From Felis catus (taxonomy: Eukaryota), in the NCBI RefSeq assembly GCF_018350175.1, contig NC_058368.1:121708001-121772000 (forward strand): a DNA stretch of 64,000 nt, read 5' to 3'. How positions within the stretch are numbered: position 1 is the stretch's first letter; the number at the start of each line of letters is the position of its first letter. The notes beneath the pieces are model-generated. The model did no database searches. It had not been told where the DNA came from and worked only from the letters and a program-made list of their open reading frames with translations. The position numbers were made by a program, and so were the translations under genes. Below are positions 1 through 51,995 of this stretch, piece after piece.

Positions 1-1381
1 CTGGGAGGAAAGTGTTAGTCACCTAACTATAAGAAATTGATCTAAAGCAAAGCCAGAACTTAACCCTTGTAACAGTTGTGAAGGGAAGTATAACCTGCAC
101 CGTGTAAACATTTAAGCAATTCTAGTGAGATTGTGGAGTAGAATTTTCCCTGTAGGGATTAAACAGTGACAGTGTTGGGCATCCTAATTTGAATGCATTT
201 GTTGTTGACAAACACGTTTATCCCTTAATCCATGTCTGTTCTTCTAGTATTACAACTGGAAGCTTTTGACATAGAGACCTCGTGTTCACAGTTTTTGCTG
301 TGAAGTTGTGGCAAAGATGAATAGAATGTAGGCCTCTTGTCTCCCATTTTCACATTCCTCCCACTATTATTGCCACTTTATTGTACTAGTTTTTATGTAA
401 GAAGAGGGTTGTACTACATCCGTTTCTTAGATTTGCACATATTTTAATTATAACCGCTTTTCTAATTGTCTTCTTCCTTGTGCCTGCTTGGAAAAGAGGC
501 AGTCACTTAGATTTTATACCTTAGCAAGAAAGAAAAACCAAAATTCTAAGAATTAGTGGTGTTTTTTTTTCCCTATAGGAAAACCTTTTGCACATTGTTA
601 ATGTAGTGTCAGATAATGCTCAATATGTGATGTTTTAAGAAACTCATATCACTTGAAAGAAAGTAAGAGGGAAACCAAAAAGTTTCCTCATACTAGGGAT
701 TACCCTTTTTCTAAATTAAATTTAAGACAAGCTTTTGGGTACCCTTTGGATATACTTTTTGTAGAAAACTAAGTGATACATGGAGAATAGCTTGACATTG
801 GTCATAGCTTCTCACAGTCTTGGTCAGGGATAGTATTCAGACCAGATACTGGATTCTGAATGATCTCAAGGAGCATGGGGTTGTTAATTCTGTAGAGAGG
901 AGATTGAGAGGTAGCATAGTAATGTTGCTGAAGAAATTGAGAGGCTTACTAAAAGGACTTTGTTTTGCTTTGAAGTTTCTCAACAGGACCAGTGGGTGAA
1001 AGGTCAGAGTAGCAAAAATTCATTTCTATAGAATGTTGAATTTTGTTACAATAAAATCCCTTCACTTATATCTCTGTTTTGATGTCATGGTCTTCTCTGA
1101 CCCTTACCCCCACTTTAAAGTTTAGAACAGATGGTGGTGACCATTTGAGCACATGAGGTGGTACCTATGAAGTTTGGCAGTAACAGGCATTTAGTTAATG
1201 GCAGCCACTAATGTCATTTTGTAGGTCATTTGGAAGAGACCTTGAGTTAGATAATCTGTAAAATTTTGTCCAGGTTGCCAAAGATTCTTTAAAGAGAGTT
1301 AATGTCTTTTAGAAAGTAATCATAATATTTGTTTATATAGTAAGTCATCTTTGATACTAATGTTCATTTTCTCATTCTCCC

Positions 1382-1506
1382 TTTTTTTTTTTTTTTAAAG
1401 ATTTTATTTTTATTTTTAAGTAATCTCTACACCCAATGTGAGGTTTGAACTCACACCCCAAGATCAAGAGTCGTACGCTGTACTGACAGAGCCAGCCAGG
1501 TGCCTC
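1382..1506 (-). mobile_element. Short carnivore SINE (SINEC)
   Basis: poly-T tail, then ...agatcaagagtc...gagccagccaggtgcc. Confidence 0.8.
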
Positions 1507-3778
1507 TCCTATTCCTTTTAATTCGGTTCTCCAAGGTGCTTTAGTGAAAAAGAAAGAAAGGGAATACTTGTTTTTTTTTCCTTCCCAAATCTTTCATATA
1601 TGATGGGATTGATCTCTTTTTCTATCATTTTTTTTCTTTTTATCAATTTGGCAGTAAGGTGACAGGAAAGATTTAGATATAATTTATCTTGGAGTTTTAA
1701 GTTCTATCTGTAATAGCAATGTATGGCTCTACTGAGAATGATTAAGGAAGGGATCGTCAAACAAGATAAAGGAAAGGAGTGGAAGAATTGTAGGTGAAGT
1801 ACAGGAATAAGATTTGGAATTGGGGATAGTAAATTGGATTAGAATTCTAGCACGTCTTCTAAGACTATAAAATCTTAATTTGGAATTTAAGAAACTTACT
1901 GTCAGTGACATCAGAACTATTCAAAATGCTAAATGGAATATTCTAATTTCCTAGTAGAACACAGTTTGAGGATAAAGTTACAGGAAAATTGAACAGATGT
2001 TCCCTTGAAATAGAAGGTTAAACATTTAGATATGTGGTAATTTTGTGACTCTTTTGTATGTAATCACCCTCAAAGAAAGCGTGAAGTTTATCTTATGTTT
2101 TTAGCATGAGAAGAAACATAATATGACCTTTCAGTATGGTTTATGTGTTGTTAGTCAAATACAGGAGTTTTGTGTTGGCCCAATTTATGTTTAACAATGG
2201 CGGTTAGGCCTAAATATGAATAGATTTGGTTTTCTTCTGTTTAAGTTGAATAGTTAAAATTACTTTTTGGGGGATGGTTTTGGAGAACATTTTTTGAGAA
2301 TAAAGTTCATATAGTCTAAGAATTAAATTTCCAGTGCTTGCTTAATAGTTTCAGTCGTCCTGCAGATGGCAGTATTTATACTAATTTAAACTTAATATGT
2401 GCTGTAACTTCCTTAACCAAATGAATTTTTCCATTGCTTTCTTACAACATCAGGGAAAACAAAATTACACATATAACTTAACTCAGCATGCTTTTATGAT
2501 CCAGTGCTTTTGTTTTCATTTCAGAGTTAATAGAAAGTTTAGCTTTAATATTCTTTATTTAAAATAGTAATTAAGAAATTAAAGACATTTTTCGAAAATT
2601 GGCAGTATTTTTGTGTGTGTGTGCGTGAACTTAGGTACATTATTTACAAACCCAGGGGTTTAATTTCAATTTTCACCTCTAAGTTAAGAGAAATTTCTTT
2701 TCCTGTACTTTAGTGGGGCAAATAGTGTATTATTTTGAATTTTTATTGGTACCAAACTAGGTTTAGTTTTTTCAGCCAAAACAAATAGAAATTATAATTC
2801 AATCCCTGAACCCCCTTTCCTCCTGCCTTTGGCCTTTTCTTTTAAAAAATTTTTTAAATTCACACTTCATTTTGGATTTCTTCAATTAATCAGTCTTAGT
2901 TTTCCAGCTTTCCCTTTCATTCCCTTTTTATCACCATTGTAATGCATCATGATGAGTCTTCATTCTTCTAAGAACTGTACGTAATTTCCATTCTTTAATA
3001 CAAGTGCTACTCCTTTAGTTGGCTTAAATAATAGAGGTTTCTGAAGCAATCAGCCCATGTAGTCATTAATGATACTAAAGGGGCTCTCTTTATGTTTACA
3101 GTTAGCCTGCTTCAACATTGTTTCAAGCCTGTGACGTTCCCCAGAGCAGGCAGTAAACATGGATATTTTGTCATTAGCTGAATGCTACCCTTCTCTTCAT
3201 CTATGCCCATTTATTTAAAATGTTATTTGCAGTGGAATATTTGAATCCATCTCATACCTTACTGTCTTCCTTTCTCTCGCACCCCTCTTTGTCCTATCTT
3301 ACTCTTGTTCTACTTCTGCATGGTTACGCTCCGTGCCTCAGCTTCTGCATGTAGTTCCCACTTAGCAGCACAGAGAAAGTGTCTTGTCAGTGTCATGCTG
3401 CATCTGCCTTTCACTGGTATCTAAGCAACAGCAGCATGGGTTTGATGTCCTGTGGGGGAATGTCCCACGTGAGAACTTGTTACGTCTGTATAATGAAGGG
3501 GCTTCCTTCATTGAATTTAAACTCTTGAGACTCCTTCAAATATTGTCAGAGCTGGTTTGATAAAAAGGTAATTGATGCTATAATTTAGAATTAGTTATCC
3601 TTAGATTTGGCACTACTTCCCACAAAATGTCACACACAAAGAAATTTTACTCCATTCTTGGTCTTTTTCATTGGAAATAGCATCCTAAATTGTAGTGGTC
3701 AATTATTTCCCTGAATCCCAGTGGTAGCCGACATACCATGGCAGCTTTCCAACGTATGCTTGCTTATCCATTTTACAG

Positions 3779-43841
<40,063 letters not shown>

Positions 43842-44688
43842 TTCTCAGTACTCTTCCACAGGGGTATCTTAATTCAAAAACGCTTGCATGAGCCAGTTTC
43901 CAGGTTTTTACATGTATGTGCATTAGTCAGACTATTGCAGAACCATCTGACGAACAGAAGGAGAAGCATTCGTGAACAGTTTCTGAACAGAGAACACTTT
44001 GGAAATAATTTATGCTTTTCTTTGTGTGGCATGACTGACATACATACTCAAATATAGGCTGTCTCTAGTAAATCTAAAATCTTGAAGCTAAAAATCATCC
44101 TTTTATGAGGTGTGGAAGTCAGTGACTTTTGGTGACGTTCTTTCTAGCAGTGTTAAACATGCAAGACGTAAGAGCATTTGTGGTTTGAACTTGCAAGATG
44201 CAAATACCACAGACTCCAAGAAAACCTAAGTTAGGGTTTGTTTTGTTTTGATTTTCTTTTTTAAAGCGGGTAAAAGAGAAAACACTGAAAATTGAATTCT
44301 TATCTTCCAGAGGCTAAGATTATTATAATGGACATACTTTTACCTTTGTCTCTAAAGAACACTTTAGTTTTGTTTGTTCACTTACGTGCTTTGATTACCC
44401 CCTCTGAATTCTAGGCCAAGTCTTGTTTAGCCTAAGAGAAGATTTATTTAGTAATTTCTTCTCAGGTATGGAACCACGGTCATAACTAACATGTTGGCCA
44501 GAATAGGACTGATGGTTAAACACGTTTTATTTACCATTAAGTGATCTTTATCAAATATTCTGGATTAGACAACAAATTATCTTTCTTGGGTGTTCCCTGT
44601 AAACTATACTCCAGTTTGAATGTTAAACTTTTGTTTCTAAAGTTTAATTTTAAGATGTTTGAATGTTCAGTTTATGTATTTGAACTAC

Positions 44689-44694
44689 AATAAA
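44689..44694 (+). terminator. Probable main TCERG1 polyadenylation signal (AATAAA)
   Basis: AATAAA about 850 nt after the stop, with TGTA upstream (44675) and GT/T-rich sequence downstream; a further AATAAA lies near 44858. Confidence 0.7.
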
Positions 44695-47600
44695 CCAACC
44701 CTTTTTATATATATGGATTGTATATGATTATTGTTGTGGAACCTATAACAAAGACATCTTTTAAACCTGTTCATTAAAGCAGTAGCAACTGTAATTTGGC
44801 ACAGAGAAAGTTGACTTCCAATCCTATATATCACATAGTTTTTAAAGGCTTGAATATAATAAATTATTTGCAGTATAAAAGGGAAGAAATTTGTAAAGAA
44901 CCATTTTGGTGCTCAGTCTCTTAGCAATATCCTACTGCCTCATAGCAAGAAGATGCTGGTTTTTTGTTTGTGTGTTTTCTTGTTTTTGTCTCTATGTTAA
45001 CACCATTGATGGTGAAGCCTTCTTGGCACCCTTTCAGTGTGCCCTGCACATCATACCGTGGAACGTACCTTTGACCTCCACTCGCTCTTTCTAGCTGTAC
45101 CTCCCCACTTTAAAGATTCCTGTCTCATTCCTTCATAGATTTCTCATTTCAGAGTACCACATCCATGTTTAAGAAAAATGGGTTAATTGGATAACTTATC
45201 TTCCCTTTTCTCTCCCATATCCTGTGATTGCAGCAAAACCTAAAATGAGGAAATACCAGTAGATTGAATGTTCTGTGCACACAGACACAGATCACATGCA
45301 TACAGACTCATTCACACTTAACATTACTTAGTACTTAGCTTAAATATATTAATTGTTACAGAAATCATGTATGTGAGAAACTGGAATTAATGGACTAAGG
45401 TCCTAACCTGTACAATTTGATAATGAACAAGATAGTTTTTCCCCTTTCCCCCCCTTTTTTGAAGGTCATTTGTATAAACCCATTGAGTGATTTTTAAGTT
45501 CTGTGAGGCATGAAACTGAAGTGTTTGCCAAAAGGAGCACAACTGTTGTAGGAATATCACTGGCCAGCAGAAGTGAAAGCTCTTAGAATGCTTTATTTTG
45601 TTCTGAATTCCACGTAGTGTTGTTTGCCCACTCACTGTTTTGTTTCTCACAGTTGAAAAGTGTGGGAAAAAAAAAAACAAACAATGGTTTGGTGATACCT
45701 ATCCTAATTTCCTACTTCTGTTGTAAAGTATTTGGGATTGACTGTTCATTTAAGGTGCAAATCAAGCTTTACTATGCAGATTTCTTTAAAAGACCAAGTC
45801 AGGACTCTGTATATTAGGTTTTTAATGAAAAGGTCATCATAATTACACTGTGTTTCAGTATCTGCATCTTGACTTGGCGCTTACTGTCAAACTCCTTAAA
45901 GATATGTGATACAGTTTACCCTGAGACCTATGTCAATACTAAGGTCTGACCTCCCCATAAAGCCCCATTGTGCCAAGTGATGATTTTGAAAGGCGCATTC
46001 AAGACAAAGACAGCTCTAAGTCTCCAAAACTATCTCAAGTAAAGCAATTGTTTTTATTTGTTTACAAGTTAAAATGTCAAAACAGTGGAAGCTCACATCC
46101 AGCATTTACTATATTATATAGTGAACAATCTAATTCAAATAGTTCACCACAGTTTTCAAGGTAATCCCTTTGTATAACTGTCTCACAAAATAGTATTTGG
46201 GTTAAATTGTACTTTGTGATCTTGTGAGCCTTAAAATAAAAATTTGTAATGAACCAGATAAAATGAAATCAGCCCTATCTTCTGTGTTAAAAGCAAACCA
46301 CGACCATTTGTAAAGACAAAAAAAACATACCCTAAAACCCATAGACTGGACATTTTTTAAAAAATACAAATTCCATCCACAGCATATTTTTGTATTTTAA
46401 CTTCCCCATGGCTTGGCAAAATGGCAGTTTTTTTTTTTTTTTTTCTGAGGGAACCCCACAATGAAAATACCCCAGAGTTCCATTATGAAGTAATCAAGAA
46501 TCATGGATAAATGTCCTTATGTTTAATAGGGAAAGAAATGTATCGTAATGATTGTTTTATTGGGTATGATTTACCTTGCTGTAAAATGAAGTTGTTGCCT
46601 TTTACTTGAATTATATTGGTAAAGTGTTTGGGAACACAAAATTTAGTAGTATTGCTTTTCTTTCTCCATCGCCTTTGTGCTGTTTGTTTTCTATTCTTAG
46701 CCAAATTCTGTCCTGTGTCCATGGAATTTTTTCTTTTCCTATTATTTTTTTTTTTTCCCTTGTTACTCTTGATCATCTTTGTAACAAAGACCCTGAGGTA
46801 TTTTAAAACTTGGGCAGGGTTCAGTGAGTTCAGTGTTCAGGGGACATTTAGTACCATTTAACAGAAGGAAGATCACCATCTCCGTTCCTTCTTTATACTT
46901 GAGGATTGCCTTCAGTAATTAATACTTTTGTCATTAACTACAGTTTATATTTATCTTGACAGAATGGAGGTATCAGGAGGAACAGATTGATAGCAGCTTG
47001 TAGAAGAGTACTTTGCTCCTGCATCTTGGAAGCGTAGGTAATTGGGAAGAGAAAGGGCAGTTTTTAAAGTTCTTTCTCCATATCAGAATTTAGAATGTCA
47101 TGCTAATTAAGCTGCAAAAATCCTCTGACTTCGCAAATGAAGACCCACGGAGACCTCTTTACAAAGACTAGCGAAGCAGGTTTTAGTGTAAGGCGAAGCT
47201 TAGCCAAAATAAGCCACGGTTTGAAATCAGCCCACAATGAAGTGGTGATCCTTATTCTGGCAACCTTCAGGCATGGAAAATCTACGTGGCTTTTCATAAA
47301 GTAAGTTTTGAGCGTAAGTGAAACAAAGTTTGCTAAGTGAAGTTAAGGCTAGCAGGTTCAGGAAGAAAGTAAAAGTAAAGGAGTCCAGCCTTTGACAAAG
47401 ATAAGCTCTACTCCAGCCAGTACAGGGTAGTCCTAAGGAGTACCCAGTAAGAGCAGTTGTGAACAAGGGACAGAGAGTGTCTGGGATTTCTATTCACGTG
47501 TGACGGAAGCATCTTCACACAACACTGGAGTTAATTCTTTGGATAGCCAGGATATAATTCTGAAACATCACCATGACTCCTAACACGGTGTTCTACTTAC

Positions 47601-47756
47601 CAAACGGCACATTTTGAAAATGCATACTGTGAAGCATTTTTGTAATTCCTAGAGCTAGTAACTGGACCATGGTTTATGTCGTAAAGTCTGCAGTATCGAC
47701 AAGCAGCAGTGCAAGTAAATACATTAATCACAATTTATTTTGCTTGGAAAATTAAC

Positions 47757-49016
47757 CTATTTATCACAGTCTCCCGTCTCTTGATCATCATGTTCCCAGG
47801 GGGTAGGGTCATTGTCCTGTACACAAGGGACTGTGTCCCTCTCATGCCAAAACTGCTCTACATCAGGAAGGATGGGGATCTGTGCCTTCTCCGTTCTGTC
47901 TACACTGGAGGAGGGAGAGCCAGGCTTCTCTGTCTCTGGTATGGGTGCTGGGGACTCTGGAGATGGGACATTGTCGGGAGGGACATTTGAGTTACCAGCT
48001 GGTGTTTTCTGAGACTCTGAGGCAGTTGGTGGTTTTTTGGTTATCATCCATTTCCACAAGCCTTTCAGGCCTTCCTTGAACTCTTCTGACATCACTAGGA
48101 AAATGAGGGGATTTGCCGAGGAGATGGAAAACATAAGGACTTGAGACAGGGCTATGAAACCTTGTGGTGGGGCTGGGCCTCCAGCCTTCAGGTGCCAGGT
48201 CCACAGCCACGCTATCCAGTCGGGGAGCCACAGCACAGCAGAGGTGACAGCGATACTCAGCAACATCACTGTGAGCTGTCTGGAGCGCATCTGGTTTCTC
48301 AGATTTTGAGTCTTAGTGCCTCGTTTCTTACACTGACCATAAGCTCTCCAGAAATAAAAACTGGCAGAGAGTAATGGAAGACAAAACGCCAGGAGAGGGT
48401 AGAGCTTGCCAAACATTGCCATGAACCTTTCGGCCATGGGGGGGACGTCCATGAGGCACATTTCCACACCTGCGTGAAGCCTGGTGGTGCTAAAGAACCA
48501 TTCTGGCAGGGGGAGCAGGCTAGCTACAGCCCAGATGGCCACCAGCACTGACCAGATGGTGCAGTTGTGGATACTTACTTGCTTGGCTGGGTCACTCGCA
48601 TACATGAAGCATGCTTTGGCCACGGCAACGATCGTCAGGCTCTTGGCTGCCATGCACGTGTGGATGAACCAGTCAGAGGACTTGCAGACAAACCAGCCTA
48701 GGTCCCAAACCCCTTTGAAGTATGCTGTCGCTCGGACGGGTGCAGAAAACAGCAGGAGAGAGAGATCAGCCAGGCTTAGATTCAGAATCAGGGAGTGGAT
48801 CATGGATGGCTTCCCTTTCCAAGCGCTATGAAGGAGGACGCCAATCACGCAAAGGTTCCCCATGAAGCCCACCAGGCAGACGGCCACCAAGAGAGCTGGG
48901 ACGATGGTCCTCCAGTCCTTGGAGTCAGAGGGCAGGTACCCTCCGGCAAAGTGGAGGTGAGCAGACGACACGTTCATGGTGCTGGAGTTGGAGTCTGTGG
49001 AGGCAGCTGCCAGCAT
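47757..49016 (-). CDS. GPR151: G protein-coupled receptor 151 (galanin-receptor-like orphan class A GPCR), single exon, 419 aa
   Basis: Uninterrupted ORF with 7 hydrophobic segments, TM1 GN, TM2 LADL, TM6 WLP, TM7 NPLIF and an acidic Pro-rich tail (ILPDVEQFWHERD). First ATG is at 49016 (MLAAAS); the track begins at an upstream GTG. Known neighbour of TCERG1. Confidence 0.97.
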   Translation of the reverse strand: MLAAASTDSNSSTMNVSSAHLHFAGGYLPSDSKDWRTIVPALLVAVCLVGFMGNLCVIGVLLHSAWKGKPSMIHSLILNLSLADLSLLLFSAPVRATAYFKGVWDLGWFVCKSSDWFIHTCMAAKSLTIVAVAKACFMYASDPAKQVSIHNCTIWSVLVAIWAVASLLPLPEWFFSTTRLHAGVEMCLMDVPPMAERFMAMFGKLYPLLAFCLPLLSASFYFWRAYGQCKKRGTKTQNLRNQMRSRQLTVMLLSIAVTSAVLWLPDWIAWLWTWHLKAGGPAPPQGFIALSQVLMFSISSANPLIFLVMSEEFKEGLKGLWKWMITKKPPTASESQKTPAGNSNVPPDNVPSPESPAPIPETEKPGSPSSSVDRTEKAQIPILPDVEQFWHERDTVPCVQDNDPTPWEHDDQETGDCDK

Positions 49017-49089
49017 CCCCTCTTTCACGCGGCTCGTCCTTACAGAAGTCAGCTTCTTTCTGTCTTCCTGCCCCGGCTCTTTTGCCTAG

Positions 49090-49380
49090 GAAATAAATAG
49101 GCTGTCATCCGTGTCAGATGACACCTCTGGACCCTCCCCTTGCTTGTTTCCTGAGAGCAGAATGTGGAAGAACGTGGACCCAACTCTGCCTTATGTGACG
49201 CGTCTCCGCTGCACTGAATGGTGAGCAGCAGGGCTGCTCGGGTGCCTCTCATTAGCAAGCCTCATGTCAGATCGGCAGCCCTGTGGGGTCAAAGCTGCAG
49301 AGACTCATAAATGATAAATGAGGACAACATACATGTAAGTGGGCTCTGTTCCTGGGGTGGGGGGGGAGGGGTGTCGCGCG
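49090..49380 (-). promoter_or_regulatory. Putative GPR151 proximal promoter
   Basis: TATTTAT TATA-like element on - strand near 49092-49099, CRE-like TGACG at 49196-49200, G-rich KLF/SP-type tract near 49354-49373, local CpG enrichment; motif-level inference only. Confidence 0.45.
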
Positions 49381-49484
49381 CCAGTCAGGCAATCGTTTTC
49401 AGCCAGCTGTTTCTAAAATCTTGACTGCCGTCTGTAACTCAGTAAAGCCCACATCTGAGCAAGTCAGTCTTTTGCACAGAAACC

Positions 49485-49580
49485 TGGACCAGAATCACCC
49501 GCTTACTTGATGCAGCAGGTCTGGAGCAGGGCCCAAGAATGTGCATTTCTAACAAGTCCCCAGGGGATGCGGATGTCAGG
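49485..49580. mobile_element. MER5A-like remnant upstream of GPR151
   Basis: gcaggtctggagcagggcccaagaatgtgcatttctaacaagtccccagggga. Confidence 0.7.
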
Positions 49581-50904
49581 GGTTGATCTGAAGCAAGGAC
49601 CTCTGCTTTTCCCCCTGCGGAGATGGGCTGCTGCCTTCACCCATCCTACCCCACCGGCAGCCGGCTGAGAGCAAACACGCAGAGCTGAGGAAGGAAAACA
49701 AAAACTGCAAAGAAGTCCTACGGAAAAATCAAATTACAAATGACTCTAAATTTAGTCGCACAATTGCAAGTTTCTTTAGAAGTGATGATAGTTAGACTCT
49801 GAGCTAGAACACATTGAATACCATTTCAGCAACTGATGACGATGATGAAGGTAACCAAATGATGAATTAGGCTGCTCTGCAGACAGAACTCCCAGAGGAG
49901 TTACCTAGACGGGAGGAATAAAAGAAAAATAAACAATTTCTGTGGGGAAGGCGCCTTAGGCATTTTAAAGGAAGTTACATGTTAAAGTAGAAAAAAAAAT
50001 TTCACAGAAAAAAAATGATTCTAGAACCAGTCTTGACATTCATTCTATGGTGGCCAGTGGAAAGGTGCTCTGGAGGAATCTGAGGAGCTAGGGTCATTCG
50101 GGCAAAGGGGTTTGTGGAATCGCCACGAAGACGCGCCCTACTCTAAGCCTGGCGGAACCAGGAATGCTTTGTGTCCGACACAAAAAGTGCTGGGCTGGCA
50201 GTCTGACCTTTGGGTTCTGGTACTAGCTCTGTTTTCTATCAGTTTGTCTCTGGAAACTAAGGGAATGACATTGAACAATTCCTCAAAGCCCGAGCCGTCT
50301 CGGCTCTACACTGCCAGGATAAGCAGCTCCTGAACATTGGGAAAGCTGTCTGTGCTGGTTTTCCTTGTCTGTCTGCCTTCCCTTTCCTTCTGGAAAGTCG
50401 TGGTGCTTAAGCAAACAGTAGTGGGGGGCAGTGCTTTGTCCCAGCAGTGCGCCGTAACCCCCAATTAGCGCTTTGGACGGTGAAACAATAGACGCCTCAA
50501 CAGCAGCAGCACTTGTGGGGGGCGAAGAGGCCCCCTCCATCTCATGGGGAGGAACGTGGGGGGTGGTGCACAGAAACTCACTGAGCACTGCTGGAAGCAA
50601 ATGGACATCGTGTGAATTATACACTAGCTGGAGTATGTGGAGGACAGCGGTTTGGGACCACAAACAAATACTCCTTTGTATCATGGCTTCAAGCTTATGA
50701 TGGTCCAGGCTCCTGAAGACCGGTAAGACAAACAGCTACCTACATGAGTTCGAGAAGGCTTTAACATCTCCAAAGTCTGATCTTTAATTGAATTTGGTGG
50801 TCCATCTAGAGACCAAATGTATGGCCTGAAGAACTGCAAGCCTGAGTTTTTCACATTTTCTGGAGGTAATTTATTTTAACTTTTTATTTTGAAATAATTG
50901 CAAT

Positions 50905-51085
50905 CCGACTCGACTTCGGCTCAGGTCACGATCTCAAAGTTGTGGAGATGTGAGATGGAGACCCACATCAGGCTCTGTGCTGATGGCGTGGAGCCTGCTT
51001 GGGATTCTCTCTCCCTGTCTCTCTCTTTCTCTCTGCCCCTCTCCACCTCAAAATAAATAAACTTTAAAAAAATAAATTAAAAAAA
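50905..51085 (+). mobile_element. 5'-truncated SINEC
   Basis: ccgactcgacttcggctcaggtcacgatctc...aaaataaataaac. Confidence 0.85.
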
Positions 51086-51559
51086 GAGACTATATGCTTG
51101 CAGCAAAAAGGAATTTTCTCCATTGGCAAGCTGAATTACCTAGTCCAAGTTTTTGCTTTTCTTTTGATACATCAGCATTTGTGCGTCTAGGTATTGGCAA
51201 GTGTTATATGTAGCTTGTATCCACTTTTTCTTCATGTTAACATCCTTTCCATTTAAAGGCTAGATATAACTTAGCAAACCTAAAGGAAGAAAACTCACCA
51301 TATGCATTTCTTCTTATTTGTAAGTTGATCTTTGTTGATAACATATTCACTGAAATATAGGACTAAGTTGTATGCATAGCGAACATTTGACAGGTTTCCC
51401 TATTTTTATTTATTTTGGAAAGTTGCCTCATATTTGAGCCCCTTTCCTGTTTGATAGAAGGGATCGTGGGGAGAAATTTTGAGAGGGAGGTGGATTGAGC
51501 AAGTACAATACAGAAATAAAACGGGTAGTTATTTGGGATGAAAAGGGGAAGCAGCCTCC

Positions 51560-51995
51560 GCATCCCAAAATGCTGGAAACAAACCAAATGCCCACACTGG
51601 TGAATGACTAAGTAAATTACGTTCATGCAGCGGAATACTATTCAGCCACATGAAGGAATGACCCATGCTACAGCATACATAGGTGAACCTCAGAAATACT
51701 CTGCTAAGTGAACAGAGGCCAGACACAGAGACCGCATGCTGTAAATTTCCTTTTAGATGAAATGTCCAGAAAAGACAAAAATACGGAGACAGAAAGTAGA
51801 TTAGTGGTTTCCTGGGGCTGGGGCTGGGGTGGGAAGAGCGGTGAGTGCAGATAAGCACAAAGGATCTTTTTGAGGTCATGGAAGTGTGTTGAAAGTGGAT
51901 TGTGGGGATGGCTACACAACTCTAAATGTATGGAAACTCTTGTGTACTCAACATGGGTGGATTTTATGGTATGCAAATTATACCTCAATAAAGCT
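51560..51995 (+). mobile_element. Old L1 (L1M) 3' end
   Basis: ctggaaacaaaccaaatgccc...ggaatactattcagcc...tatacctcaataaagct. Confidence 0.75.

Noticed and set aside
49017..49028. N-terminal MKEG extension of GPR151 in the ORF track
   Set aside because: Starts at GTG; the first ATG at 49016 gives the expected 419-aa protein
47709..49100. Several + strand and alternative-frame ORFs overlapping GPR151
   Set aside because: Shadow ORFs expected in GC-rich coding sequence
49049..49258. 69-aa minus-strand ORF as a GPR151 uORF
   Set aside because: Non-ATG start, probably begins upstream of the TATA-like element, no recognisable homology
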